A stretch of DNA of 64,000 bases from Octopus sinensis (Eukaryota): NCBI RefSeq assembly GCF_006345805.1, contig NC_043004.1, positions 10,354,001 to 10,418,000 on the forward strand, written 5' to 3'. The number at the start of each line of letters is the position of its first letter. Position 1 is the first letter of the stretch. Shown one piece after another: positions 38,115 to 49,907 of this stretch. A program made the translations under genes and the position numbers. Below the pieces are notes generated by a model, which was not told the origin of the DNA, did no database searches, and saw only the letters and a program-made list of their open reading frames with translations.

Positions 38115-38877
38115 CGCACACACACACACATACGCACACACACACGCACACATGTATGTATTGTAGAAATAGAAAAATTCTTTGTATAACAGTGTCTATT
38201 TGAAAAGTGAGGAAAAGTGACTTTTGTGATAATTATTTTCCACTTAAATGATTAATCATTAAAAACGAAGAAAATCAGAAAAGTCACTCTTCTTCTTCAC
38301 ACACACACACTAACGCGCGCACGCACACTCATTCGCACGCACGCTCAGATGTTTGTGGGTGTGCGTGTGTGTAGCTTGTTTTCCATGCATCTCTTCCCTA
38401 CGCTTCCCGTTCTTCCCTGAACCGGTCATTCTCTCTCAGATTCTTTCTCTTCTTTTCTCTTCTCTTTCTCACTCTTCTTCTTCTTATAATCTCTGTCTGT
38501 CTGTCTGTCTCTTTATCTGTCCCCGTCTCAAGTACGCCGCCAAACGAAGGGTGTGACAACTTTGCGGGAGAGAAATGACCTACTCTAATTATAATTCTTA
38601 AAGTAAAAGTCATCACATCAAAGGAAAAAAGATACACGAGATAAAACATAGAAATTCATGTAGACACATGTTCTCGATATAATTATGTATACACATTTTC
38701 TCAACCGTTATATCTAAAAGACTAAACTACAACAACAAAAACAGCACCATATCTGGCTGAACGGTTAAAGAAGCTCGATTCATAACTAGCTGATCTGGAG
38801 TTCGGTCCCACTGTTCGGCATCTCGGACAACTATCTTGTAATATAAGCCTTGTAATATAAGCTTTGTGTCAAATAAT

Positions 38878-39090
38878 GGAATCTTTACCTTTTGACCGAC
38901 AGATTTAAAAAATGTTTTGTAACTAAACACTTTCAAATTTCGTATACTTGTAGAATGTGTCACATAAAACATCTTTTACTCTTGGCGTTGTTGAGAAAAT
39001 TCTGTATTTTGGAAGTTATTTCTTGTTAAAGTTGTCGTATTTCGGTAATTTCAACCAATCAATGACGTGTATTCAGCTGAATAAAATTAC
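38878..39090 (-). mobile_element. fragment related to the TIR element at 47334-47773
   Basis: ATAAAACATCTTTT…GAGAAAATTCT…AATTTCAACCAATCAATGAC is the reverse complement of similar sequence at ~47580-47700. Confidence 0.6.
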
Positions 39091-39366
39091 TGTCGTTGTT
39101 TGTCAACAACTATTGGCGGTGTATATTTCGTTTGTCAGTGTTATTTATGACATATTTCATCTCAGTTATGTTTGTATGAATAAACGAGTGTATCGTGTCT
39201 CCTAAAATCAGGCATAACATGGCGATTGGTCGACTTACAATACCGTTCTTCGTCTTGAGTTTACTTGATAGAGTGTGTTTGTCAACTTGACATGGTCAAG
39301 GTGAGCTCTGATTGGCTGTATGCAAATGAGTTCAGAACTACAACAACGAAAACAGCACCATATCTA

Positions 39367-39553
39367 CTGGAGCACCGTCTTATGTCGAGCAAATCGACCC
39401 CAGGGCTTGTTCTTTGTAAGCCTAGTACTTATTCTATCGGTCTCTTTTGCCGAACCGCTAAGTTACAGAGACGTAAACACACCAGCATCGGTTGTCAAGC
39501 GATGTTGGGGAGACAAACACAGACACACAAACATTACACACACACACACACAC

Positions 39554-39608
<55 letters not shown>

Positions 39609-39656
39609 TCGTTGCAGACTTTTCTGTTATCCCTCGCGCTCTCTTCTTTAATTTTT
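39367..39656 (-). repeat. local duplicate of 41311-41583 (SINE A 3' half plus captured sequence)
   Basis: Near-identical, including private variants (GAGCACCGTCTTATGTCG; TTTCTGTTATCCC). Confidence 0.9.
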
Positions 39657-41254
39657 GAACTCTCGTGGCAAAAAAAAAAAAAAAAATTCAACACAGAACT
39701 AACATTGATTTAAACTCTGGATCCAGAATTTCCCCCCACCCCCATAAACAAATATCTTCACATCTGTTCCTGAGAAGATGGCTACCCAAATACTGTTCAA
39801 ATATTGTTACTAAACGCCGAAAGCTTTAACGGCAGTCTATCTTTTATTAGAAAGTTTATTTGCAACACATATTATGATTAAAATTTCAGAGACTTGTTTC
39901 TGTTTATCGTTGCATAGACACAACTCTTTTCAAATTCTACAACTAACTTCTGACTATTAAATAATACAATTGCTATACAATTCTCTTTAAATGGAAAAAT
40001 AATCTTTTTTTACTGCATTGTATGTTGCAGCTGACTTAGACTTCTCTTAAAATAGAAAGACAAAGTTTTTATGGCTATTGTATGAAAATTCTGCATTGGA
40101 CTTCCCCGTAACATTTCTTACTGTTCCATAAAGTAAAAGTTAAATTCTTTCGCTCATTCTGCCATACACAATATGTGTCTGTTGTTATGCATGTACTGTT
40201 TTTCTTTTAAATTCTCGGACTCAAGAGTGATAAATGATGATGGTGATGTAGATGCTAGTTGTGATGATTTATAATGGTTAATGGTTGGTAATGGTTGATG
40301 GCAAAGGCTGTGTTGATAATACGATTGATCAATAATGTTTATAACATCAAAGGGATTAATGATCAATGATTAATGCTTGATAGTGATTAATGATGTTTGA
40401 AAATAATTGATGATCGTAGTTGATGACATAATGATCGAAATGATGATAATGATTGATTGATGATGATTGACAGTCATTAGAGATATCCTGCGTTTCTCAC
40501 TTCTTGCATTGCTTTCACTGAACAAATGATTATCATTTCTTGCTACCCTCATCTTTTTATTACTTTAAGCAACTTCCAGCCTTGTGTTTTATATTAAAGT
40601 TTCATTGACCTTATCTGTGAACCGGAATCCATAACATATATAGAAATGATAGGTCTGTGCTTAAACGGTGAGGTTAAGTGAATTCTTCTGAACATTGCAC
40701 TTTGTGTTAAAGATTGGAGCCCTTCTTTGTGTCACAAGACATAAGGTTGACATTTGTGTCGTAAAACATAAGGACGGGTTCCATTGTCATCTCTAGGAAT
40801 GCGTTCAGATTTCTGGAGATAAAATGCACGACCTTGATTCTTTTCGTTGCAGACTTTTCTTGTTGTCCCTCGCGCTCTCTTCTTTAATTTTTCCATCTCT
40901 TTAGATGAAAAAGTACTCAAGTAGCTTTTGCGTCCGCAGGTAAAATAACGAGGCTTCCTATTTTAGATTCTTCAGTAATTTCTTTCTCTGCCCTCACAGT
41001 GAGGCACAATTTCGGTTTTATCTTTTGATCCTAGTTTGTCATCAGGACTTGTAAATGCTATGGCAACATTACAGGTTAATTTGACCTCGGCTGCATTATC
41101 TGAGCCTAAAAACCAATTATTTCCCATATACGTCTTCAGCAGACAGATTTAGATATTTTTCGTACGTTCTTGTTGTATGCTTTTTTTTTTATCTTGTTTC
41201 ATGATGCTTTAAAGACGCTGCTCTGCATTACCTTGTCGCATTTCTTTCTTTCTT

Positions 41255-41479
41255 TCATACTCTTACTCTTTTACTCTTTCACTTGTTTCAGTCATTTGAA
41301 TGTGGCCATGCTGGAGCACCGTCTTATGTCGAGCAAATCGACCCCAGGGCTTGTTCTTTGTAAGCCTAGTACTTATTCTATCGTTCTCTTTTGCCGAACC
41401 GCTAAGTTACAGAGACGTAAACACACCAGCATCGGTTGTCAAGCGATGTTGGGGAGACAAACACAGACACACAAACATT

Positions 41480-41533
<54 letters not shown>

Positions 41534-41760
41534 TTTCGTTGCAGACTTTTCTGTTATCCCTCGCGCTCTCTTCTTTAATTTTTCCATCTCTTTAGATGAA
41601 AAAGTACTGAAGGGCTTCTTTCCATTTCCGTCTACCAAATTCACTCACAAGGCTTTGGTCGGCCCGAGGCTATAGTAGAAGACACTTGCCCAAGGTGCCA
41701 CGTAGCGGGACTGAACCCGGAACCATGTGGTTGGTAAGCAAACTACTTACCATACAGCCA
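41255..41760 (-). mobile_element. SINE family A carrying a 76-bp insertion copied from 40841-40917
   Basis: Insert at 41533-41608 lies between the internal microsatellite and the 5' part. Confidence 0.9.
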
Positions 41761-42295
41761 GAAAAAAAAATCATCATAAGTCGCAATTCGTTCTTTTGAA
41801 TACATTCCAGTAAAAACCACTTAACATACACTCCATTTATATTTCTGTGATTAAATAGAAACATACATATATATAAGGCAGTGAGCTGGCAAAATTGTTA
41901 AAACGTGGGTCAAAATGTTTAACGGTATTTCCTCCGGTTTTCACGTCCTGAGTTTATATTCCGCTGCGGTTAAACCTTACATTTCATTCCTTCGCGGGTT
42001 GAAAAAATAAAATACCAGTCATGTACCGGAGTCGATCTATTCTACTTGCCCCTTCCCTTTAAAATTACGTCCTGCAGCGGGCCGGTGTCACATTCGGGGT
42101 AATCTTGTGAGCTTAATCACTAATGGAAACCGTGTAACTTGCTTCATTGAGTACTGGATCTCAAGAAAGAAAATTATATATACATTTACACACAGAGACT
42201 CATCCCATACACGCACACGCACGCATACATACGCGCGTGCGACATACACACACACACACACGTTTATATACAAAAGATTTGTTATCAAAATAACG

Positions 42296-42590
42296 TGGCA
42301 CCTTGGGCAAGTGTCTTCTGCTATAGCCTCGGGCCGACCAAAGCCTTGTGAGTGGATTTGGTAGACGGAAACTGAAAGAAGCCTGTCGTATATATGTATA
42401 TATATATGCGTGTGTGTGTTTGTGTGTCTGTGTTTGTCCCCCTAGTATTGCTCGACAACCGATGCTGGTGTGTTTATGTCCCTGTTACTTAGCGGTTCGG
42501 CAACTTGCCCAAGGTGCCACGCAGTGGGACTGAACCCGGAACCATGTGGTTGGTAAACAAGCTACTTACCACACAGCCACTCCTGCGCCT
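42296..42590. mobile_element. rearranged SINE family A (plus-strand body fused to minus-strand head)
   Basis: GTGGCACCTTGGGCAAG at ~42296 and its reverse complement at ~42503. Confidence 0.8.
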
Positions 42591-43439
42591 ATATGTTCAT
42601 GTTCTGTTTATATAAAGTTGAATTCAAGGAGATAATACGAATATGGTACAACACCTTGTTAATCGCAATTGTGTATTGTGGAAAATTTGTCAAATAAAGG
42701 ATTGTCAGATGTTGGTTTAGCGAGAGTTCTTAGTAGTTGAAAAAAAAAACAAAAAGCAAAAAAAAAAAACGATAATAGAATAGAAATACGATATCAGTTG
42801 ACGCTTCGACTGCGTAACTCTAACACTAAACTTTCGACTAATCAAAAATATATATCTTGGATTAAAAGGCTGTACAATTCAGTTATGTGGAAAATAAGTA
42901 TTGAGACGAAGAAGAAAAAAAACAGACAAAAAATATCTCACAAGAAGGTACGTAAATAAATAAATAATATAGACTTAAGAACTGTTATACATATTCTTAT
43001 AACAAAAATACTTACGGCATACTGTGTCTACGTGATATATAGTAATGCAATGCAAAACCAAAATGACGACCATTGTTGTCGCATCGTTTCGAATGTACTG
43101 CTAAATACGTATGCAATAATGATATGCAATAATAGTTTTAAAAGAATGGTAAAAGAAGTAACGCCATATGAAAGATAGAAAAAAAAAATCAAACAATTCC
43201 ATATTTATTCAGTTTATTCAGTGATATCATTATAGTTCGTATCATTCATGAAAATAGAAAAGTTACATTTAGAAATAAATGCTAATAAGTTAACCATGTA
43301 CGATGATACGATGATAGTGAACGAAGAATACAACAGGTATGTATGTATGTATGTATGTATGTATGTATGTATGTATGTATGTATGTATGTATGTATGTAT
43401 GTATGTATGTATGTATGCATGTATGTATGCATGTGTATG

Positions 43440-43478
<39 letters not shown>

Positions 43479-43727
43479 CTGTGTGTGTGTGTATATGTGT
43501 GTGAGTGTGCGTGTGTACGTGCGCGCGTGTGTGTGTATATATATATATGCATGTGTTTGTGTGTGTGTGTACGTATATATATATATATATATATAGACAT
43601 ATATATATGTGTATGTGTGTGTGTGTGTGTATACATATATATATATATATTTATATGCTGGTGTATAATATTGCTATTACCACCACGGCCACCCCGGCCA
43701 CTACTACTGCTGCAGCTGCTGCTGCTG

Positions 43728-43759
<32 letters not shown>

Positions 43760-44229
43760 GACTACTTTCAAAGTAGGGATCTGATCGGTACCATGGACTG
43801 GTGCATCACACCTGAAAGCATGTTATTGTCCTCTGTTGTTGCGTAGCCATGCTTGCGCCAGTATCTGGTTTTTGAGGTCTTCAGAGAACGAACTCCTTTC
43901 CGAAAGGAATGCCAGTGTGTCGCAAGCTAAATGCCCGCTGTTACTGGTGTTAATTTTCAGCTGAGAAAACTTGAGCAAGAAAAAAACAACAAAACACAAA
44001 AGTACATTGTTAATGAGCACAATGCAATACACGGCCTAGGACTTGAACCCTCGACATAACAAACGTGAATCCATCACCATAACCACTAGAACACGTTCCT
44101 CCATTTCATGTATGGGATGTTTGTGTTTGGCTGTGCATTGTTATACATCTCTTACGGATATAAACATCTGTATACATTTAATATAGATATTTACATGCAC
44201 GTATTCTGCATGCGTATATATATATATAT

Positions 44230-44274
<45 letters not shown>

Positions 44275-44332
44275 ATGTATATATTTATGTATATATATAT
44301 GTTATAATTTAGAACAACCAGTAAAAGGTTGT

Positions 44333-44400
44333 CATTATAGTACTCGGAGTTTCGAATGTCGGAGCGAAGAGCTACGATGCATTCTCGTCAGCTATTAATG
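44333..44400 (-). ncRNA. type I hammerhead ribozyme, canonical core
   Basis: Minus strand: CATTAATAG-CTGACGA-GAATG…CATTC-GAAA-CT(CCG)AG-TA|CTATAATG; all core nucleotides canonical, three helices pair, GUA cleavage triplet. Confidence 0.8.
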
Positions 44401-45016
44401 GCAATAGACTCTATCTAAATTATAACATATATAAATAATCCTCTATTTATTTATTATTTTGTTGTTACTTTTGATTTTATATATACATACATATTCCTCC
44501 CTGTGTTTGTGAAATCTTGTATCTCTGCCGTAAGGCTTCATTTCCACACACGCTAGCTTAATCTAATTCGTCCTTAGTTGAAAGACACCTCTTGTTATGT
44601 CCTGTTATTATTTTTATTGTATTTGTGTAACATTGTCCGTTTTCTCCGTCCTTGTTTTTGTATACATTTGTTGCCTTCCTCCAAGGAATATAATGCTCTT
44701 AGCATAGTTTTTCCTTGGAGCTGGCCAGATTGGAGCGATCTCAAGTATAATCAGCCGAAATTGCGAAGGTAATCTGGTACTTGACTGAGGAAAGAAACCC
44801 TGTTTTCTTTCTTCAGTCAAGTACCTTGTTTTCTTTGTATCGTCTATCTGGATGTTTTGTTGTCCCATTTTTGTATCACTTGACTGTCCGGATGTTTTGC
44901 GTTCTTGTTCCATTTTGTATCATATATATATATATATATATATAATACATAATTTTGTTATACGTTCTTGGTCACATTGCACTTCACTTCATTTTAACTT
45001 TCCGGTGATACACCCA

Positions 45017-45207
45017 GCTGGCAAGGCGAGCAGGCCAACATTGCTCCTGGTAGGAGAGCTAGTCCGACGCAGAGTTACCCGCCTACGACGGAGTGAACTG
45101 GAGTAACGTAAAATGAAGTGTTTTGCTCAAGAATTCAACGCGGAGCTGGTGTAGGAATTGAAACAACAATCTCAGGAGCTTAAGTGCAACACCCCTAACA
45201 ACTACGC
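45017..45207 (-). mobile_element. old tRNA-head CORE-like SINE
   Basis: Reverse complement shows a degenerate tRNA head then TTCTTGAGCAAAACACTTCATTTTACGTTACTCCAGTTCACTC. Confidence 0.6.
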
Positions 45208-45479
45208 ACACACACACACACGCACACACATATCATATATATGAACTAACGCAAAAAGGTGTACAATAGTTAATATAAAAACGAGAAGTTTATTTCATGT
45301 TGATGTTCTAATATCTTACAATTATGAGTTGCGCACAATGAAATTTTCTTGTATAAACATTGTTAATCATAAATCTCAGAAAGCAATCAATCATTTGCTT
45401 AATGACCAGTTTTTGATGAGATATTTTGATAATAATAAACTCTACTGTCAACCACTGACCGTTACAAAAAGCCCCTGAT

Positions 45480-45555
<76 letters not shown>

Positions 45556-45774
45556 AATATGTATATATATATATATACATACATATATGCAAACATATAT
45601 ATCTGTGTGTGTGTGTATGCGTGAATGCGCGCGTGTGTGTGCGTGTATGGGTGTGTTTGTGCGTACGTTACACGCATATGTACGCGCACACACACAGGTG
45701 AGTTCGTGAGTATCTGAGCGATACATAGCTAAGTAGATAGTGTGAGTGCGTGTGTGTGTGTATGTATGTGCGTG

Positions 45775-46276
<502 letters not shown>

Positions 46277-46597
46277 TTATAAGAAAGAAAAGAGATTTCT
46301 TTGTTGACACCTGTTTAAAAGCAATACAATAAACGAAAATTATCGTGAATAAATATATTTTCAACCAAATATGTTTTGCTACCGATTGCCGTGTAGATAG
46401 CAGATTGTGACTTGATAGACACACGTATGCCGATGATAGAAGAGGGCATTACTGCGGACTCATAATGACCACCAGATAAGGCACGTTGGTTTCCGTTGAA
46501 ATTATACGGAAACGATTGATTGTACTGGAGTGTACGTGTTGGTATATATTTTGGTTGCTTTTCAGTAATTTGGAATGTTGGGGTAATGTAGATTCCA

Positions 46598-46631
<34 letters not shown>

Positions 46632-46728
46632 GCAATAAAGGGTGGAATATAATTAATTTAATAAAATTAATCAATTTCACCTAGTAGATTTATCGGTATG
46701 GAAAATACCATATTTGGTAAGGGTTATA

Positions 46729-46992
46729 ATAATTATAATTAAGGGTTAAATGCAACTAGTAAAAAGTCTCCACAAACAAACAGAATTTGTAAGCTGTATA
46801 TGGCAAAAAAGGCAATAGGCTGGGATTTCGTTATTTTCTGCCTTTTTTGTCATATACAGCTTACAAATTCTGTTTGTTTGTAGAGATTTTTTACTAGTAG
46901 AGGAAATGGTGATCAATTTTGGCTGCTATTTCTAATATTTTCGGTATGTGGTTTTGAGCAACTTGTTGCATTTAACCCTTAATTATAATTAT
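46729..46992. repeat. nested fold-back: 28-bp perfect outer arms, 60-bp inner arms (57/60)
   Basis: Outer arms 46729-46756 / 46965-46992; inner arms 46755-46814 / 46839-46898. Confidence 0.9.
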
Positions 46993-47333
46993 ATATATAT
47001 ATATAAGTGAATGGCATGGTATAAAACTAGGGAGATCCCCTGTTTACTCGTTTTTCCAGTAAGAAATAGTAACCGGGTCAAATCTTTCTCTGACCACATC
47101 TTTTTTTTTTTTTTTTAAAAAGACCTGTCAGATACCGAGAAAATTCTATCACGATAGATCAGAGCTGCGTGGAGGCATACCAGAATAAAGTTGCTGAGAA
47201 GCAATTTTGTCGGAAGATTTCGATGAAATATTCCAATGCAAACGGCAATAACCTGGTCGCTCTACCTATTAGAAACAACAACCAAAATCCCACAAATCAC
47301 TGGTCTTGCTATATTAAAGGAAGAATAAAATAT

Positions 47334-47773
47334 GGATCTTTTCGGTTTGAACGGCAGTTTTTTCTTGCGGTGTCATATGAAATTGTCACCCATAATTATG
47401 ACCCTAGTATCGATTTATTGCATTTCAACCTATTTTAGGGTTAGGGTTAGAGTTAGGGTTAGTTAGGGATAGGGGTGGTGGAAGGGTATCTTTTTTTCTT
47501 CAGAAATGTAAATAAACCCAATCTGTTTCTTAAATGAGGGACATATTCATACGGCACAGAATGTTTTCACATCAATAGACGGTCATTGATTGGTTGAAAT
47601 TGCAGAAATTGAAGAAAAAAAGCAACAAATATCTTACAAACCATAGAATTTTCTTAATAAAGCCAAGAGAAAAAGATGTTTTATAAACACATTCTACACC
47701 ATTATACAAAGTTAAAAATTTTTTAGTTACCTAGAAATTATGTTTAAAACTGCCGTTCAAACCGAAAAGATCC
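47334..47773. mobile_element. non-autonomous DNA transposon (440 bp) with perfect 28-bp TIRs and an internal TTAGGG-like tract
   Basis: GGATCTTTTCGGTTTGAACGGCAGTTTT at 47334-47361 and its reverse complement at 47746-47773; superfamily not assignable. Confidence 0.9.
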
Positions 47774-47953
47774 TAAAATATTAGTTAATAAATCGTCAAA
47801 TGCACAGTGATTAACGAAAATCAAAACGATGACTTGTGTATATCTTCTTAATACCTTCGGGTAGATACGGAGGTGAATATGTTTATCGCTGGCGTGTTTC
47901 GTCAAGGGAGAGCAACTACTCCTTTTCAACGAGTGTGTATTCACAACGTGCTC

Positions 47954-48040
47954 GATTCATTAGCGCAAGGGAGTTTGAAACAAGCAGTGTTTCGATGTCA
48001 TTGTATCTCATCAGCCAAAGTGATCCCAGTCTAATGAATC
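47954..48040 (-). ncRNA. type I hammerhead ribozyme with extended stem I
   Basis: Minus strand: TTTGG-CTGATGA-GAT(ACAATGAC)ATC-GAAA-CA(CTGCT)TG-TT|TCAAA; stem I extended by GGGA/TCCC and a perfect 10-bp GATTCATTAG/CTAATGAATC. Confidence 0.65.
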
Positions 48041-48101
48041 TACAAGAGTTCGACGCTCTTGTTTACAACTCCAGCAAAAATATTTGTTGTTGTTGATAGT
48101 T

Positions 48102-48274
48102 CGTAGCTTTCGCGCCCGTGAAACCGCCAGTCTATCGCGTGTGATGGGTGGATCTTCAAGTTGCCGCACACATTCTTTGTAGCTTAGAGTAGGTTCGAAT
48201 TAAGGATTATTCTTGGTGGCTAATGGCGTGAGTCCTGACTGGAAGAAGACGTCAATAAGAACAACAACAACAAC
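48102..48274 (+). mobile_element. isolated 3' body/tail of the SINE or LINE type seen at 7384-7966
   Basis: CGTAGCTTTCGCG…TTCAAGTTGCC…GGCTAATGGCGTGAGTCCTGA matches the reverse complement of ~7500-7636. Confidence 0.85.
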
Positions 48275-48511
48275 GGCAGCAACATTTCAAGCACGATGCA
48301 ATCTTCCAGAAAAATTTCGCATGGCAGAACAAGACTGCTTTGGTACCAAGAAGTATTATCTTGAGAGGTCTGTGAGTTTTTGTTTCATTTTTATGAGGGG
48401 CCCATTAAATATTAACAAATTCTTCTTTAGTCGTGCAGACCCCAGGCAGATGTACCAACTAAGCCATTCGTATCTCGTATAGGTTCTGAGACCACATACC
48501 ACAGGTATGTA

Positions 48512-49907
48512 CAGAATGTTTGGGATAAATTTGACAGTTTCTATAAATCGAAAAACAAATATATCTCATGTAAAAATGAAATTGGTTTAGAAAAATCAAA
48601 ACTAGATTATGGCTGGGAGATAACAGTTTACTCAAGACGGCACCGGAACTTTGCTTATGCGTTCCACACTGTGGGACGATCTTTCAACACCCCCTTGATC
48701 TTGGTCAGCAGCTCGGCCTTGGTGTTGCAGACAAAGCAGTTGGTTTCTTTCTCAACCGCGAGTTACATACATTGGGTTGTCCGGAAAGTTTGTGCCGATT
48801 TATAGCAGCTTACCTTTCGACTTATTTTAGAACCGGTTTGAGTTCATAAAATAGGATTTGACTACGCCTCCATTTAGAGCACAGTTTAAGCTATCTTTTC
48901 GTGGAAGAAGATTTATGTTCCTGTAACCTGTGTTAATTCTGTAACCCTTTAAAATGGAAGATAAAAAAGTTCATTTTCGGCACTTGATGCCTTTCTTTTT
49001 CCGTAAAGGGGAAAGTGCCTCACAAGCAACCAAATAAATATGCGCAGTTTACGGTGATGTTTCTTTATCTGAAAGAACTGTACGAAAGTGGTTCGCAAGG
49101 TTGATAAAGCCTTATTGATTAAGAGCAATCAGATAGACCGTCCACTACAGATGATGACCAAATCAAGTCATTAATTGAGAATAACCCACATTGCACAACC
49201 CGAGAATTGGCAGAAAGCCTCAACCTATCAAAATCCGTCGTTCATGAGCAGCTGGTAAAGCTTAGGTAATGGCAAGTATTTATTGAGCTTTTTCTTTCCT
49301 TTAAAAATCAGCACGAACTTTCCAGACAACCCAATAGTAATCCATTGGGTTACAATCGACAGGAGTTGTAGACCTGACATTGGGGCTGGTGAAATCGTAG
49401 AAATTCTTCGACAGCTACTTCTGCCTATTTCCGGAGGTATGGCAAGGAGCTGAATCCTGCAGCCAGACGTATCGCCCTCTAGCAAGGACCCTCTCTAGCC
49501 AGGGTTTGATCATAGTCTCAGCAGCATCACATAGCCACCTGAATCAAGCCTAAGACTCTGTTCATTGATGTGGGGTGGTATGACGCCACCTGAACTGGAA
49601 ACAGAAAAACAGTCACGATTTAAGGAAACTTGGTTTTCATGATGTCCATGTCACGTTTAGAGCATTTAAAGTGTTCACAGAGCATTGAGCTGTAGTCCTA
49701 ATCTCGGTAGTTTGATACCCAGCTCGAATCATTAATACAAGTAGCTTTTTACCAATATTCAAATGGCATTCAATCCCAAATGTCATTTAACTTTTTCTCA
49801 ACTACAACTGTAACCTTTTTGCTCTCTAACGCCGCTGATTTGCTCATCAATACATCAAACTGTTCCTGAATAAAAAAAAAATCGTCAAATTTAACCCGAA
49901 CAGCCTG
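48512..49907 (-). mobile_element. internally deleted maT (DD37D-type) transposon with both TIRs, interrupted by a mariner
   Basis: TIRs CAGAATGTTTGGGATAAATTTGAC / CAGGCTGTTCGGGTTAAATTTGAC; LMIRAG…, MKTKFP, IKPWLERV…WLQDSAPCHTS…DCNPMDY|YV…VEKETN. Confidence 0.85.
48770..49334 (+). mobile_element. internally deleted DD34D mariner with both TIRs
   Basis: TIR TTGGGTTGTCCGGAAAGTTTGTGCCGATT and an imperfect inverse at the right end; MEDKKVHFRHLM…SERTVRKWFAR from ATG 48954; TA at 48768-69 and 49335-36; catalytic domain deleted. Confidence 0.9.

Noticed and set aside
40732-40950. Basic minus-strand ORF RKPRYFTCGRKSYLSTFSSKEMEKLKKR…
   Set aside because: Bounded by stops, with no family recognised and no splice sites found.
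47435-47475. TTAGGG repeats as a chromosome end or fusion site
   Set aside because: Short, degenerate and internal to a TIR element.
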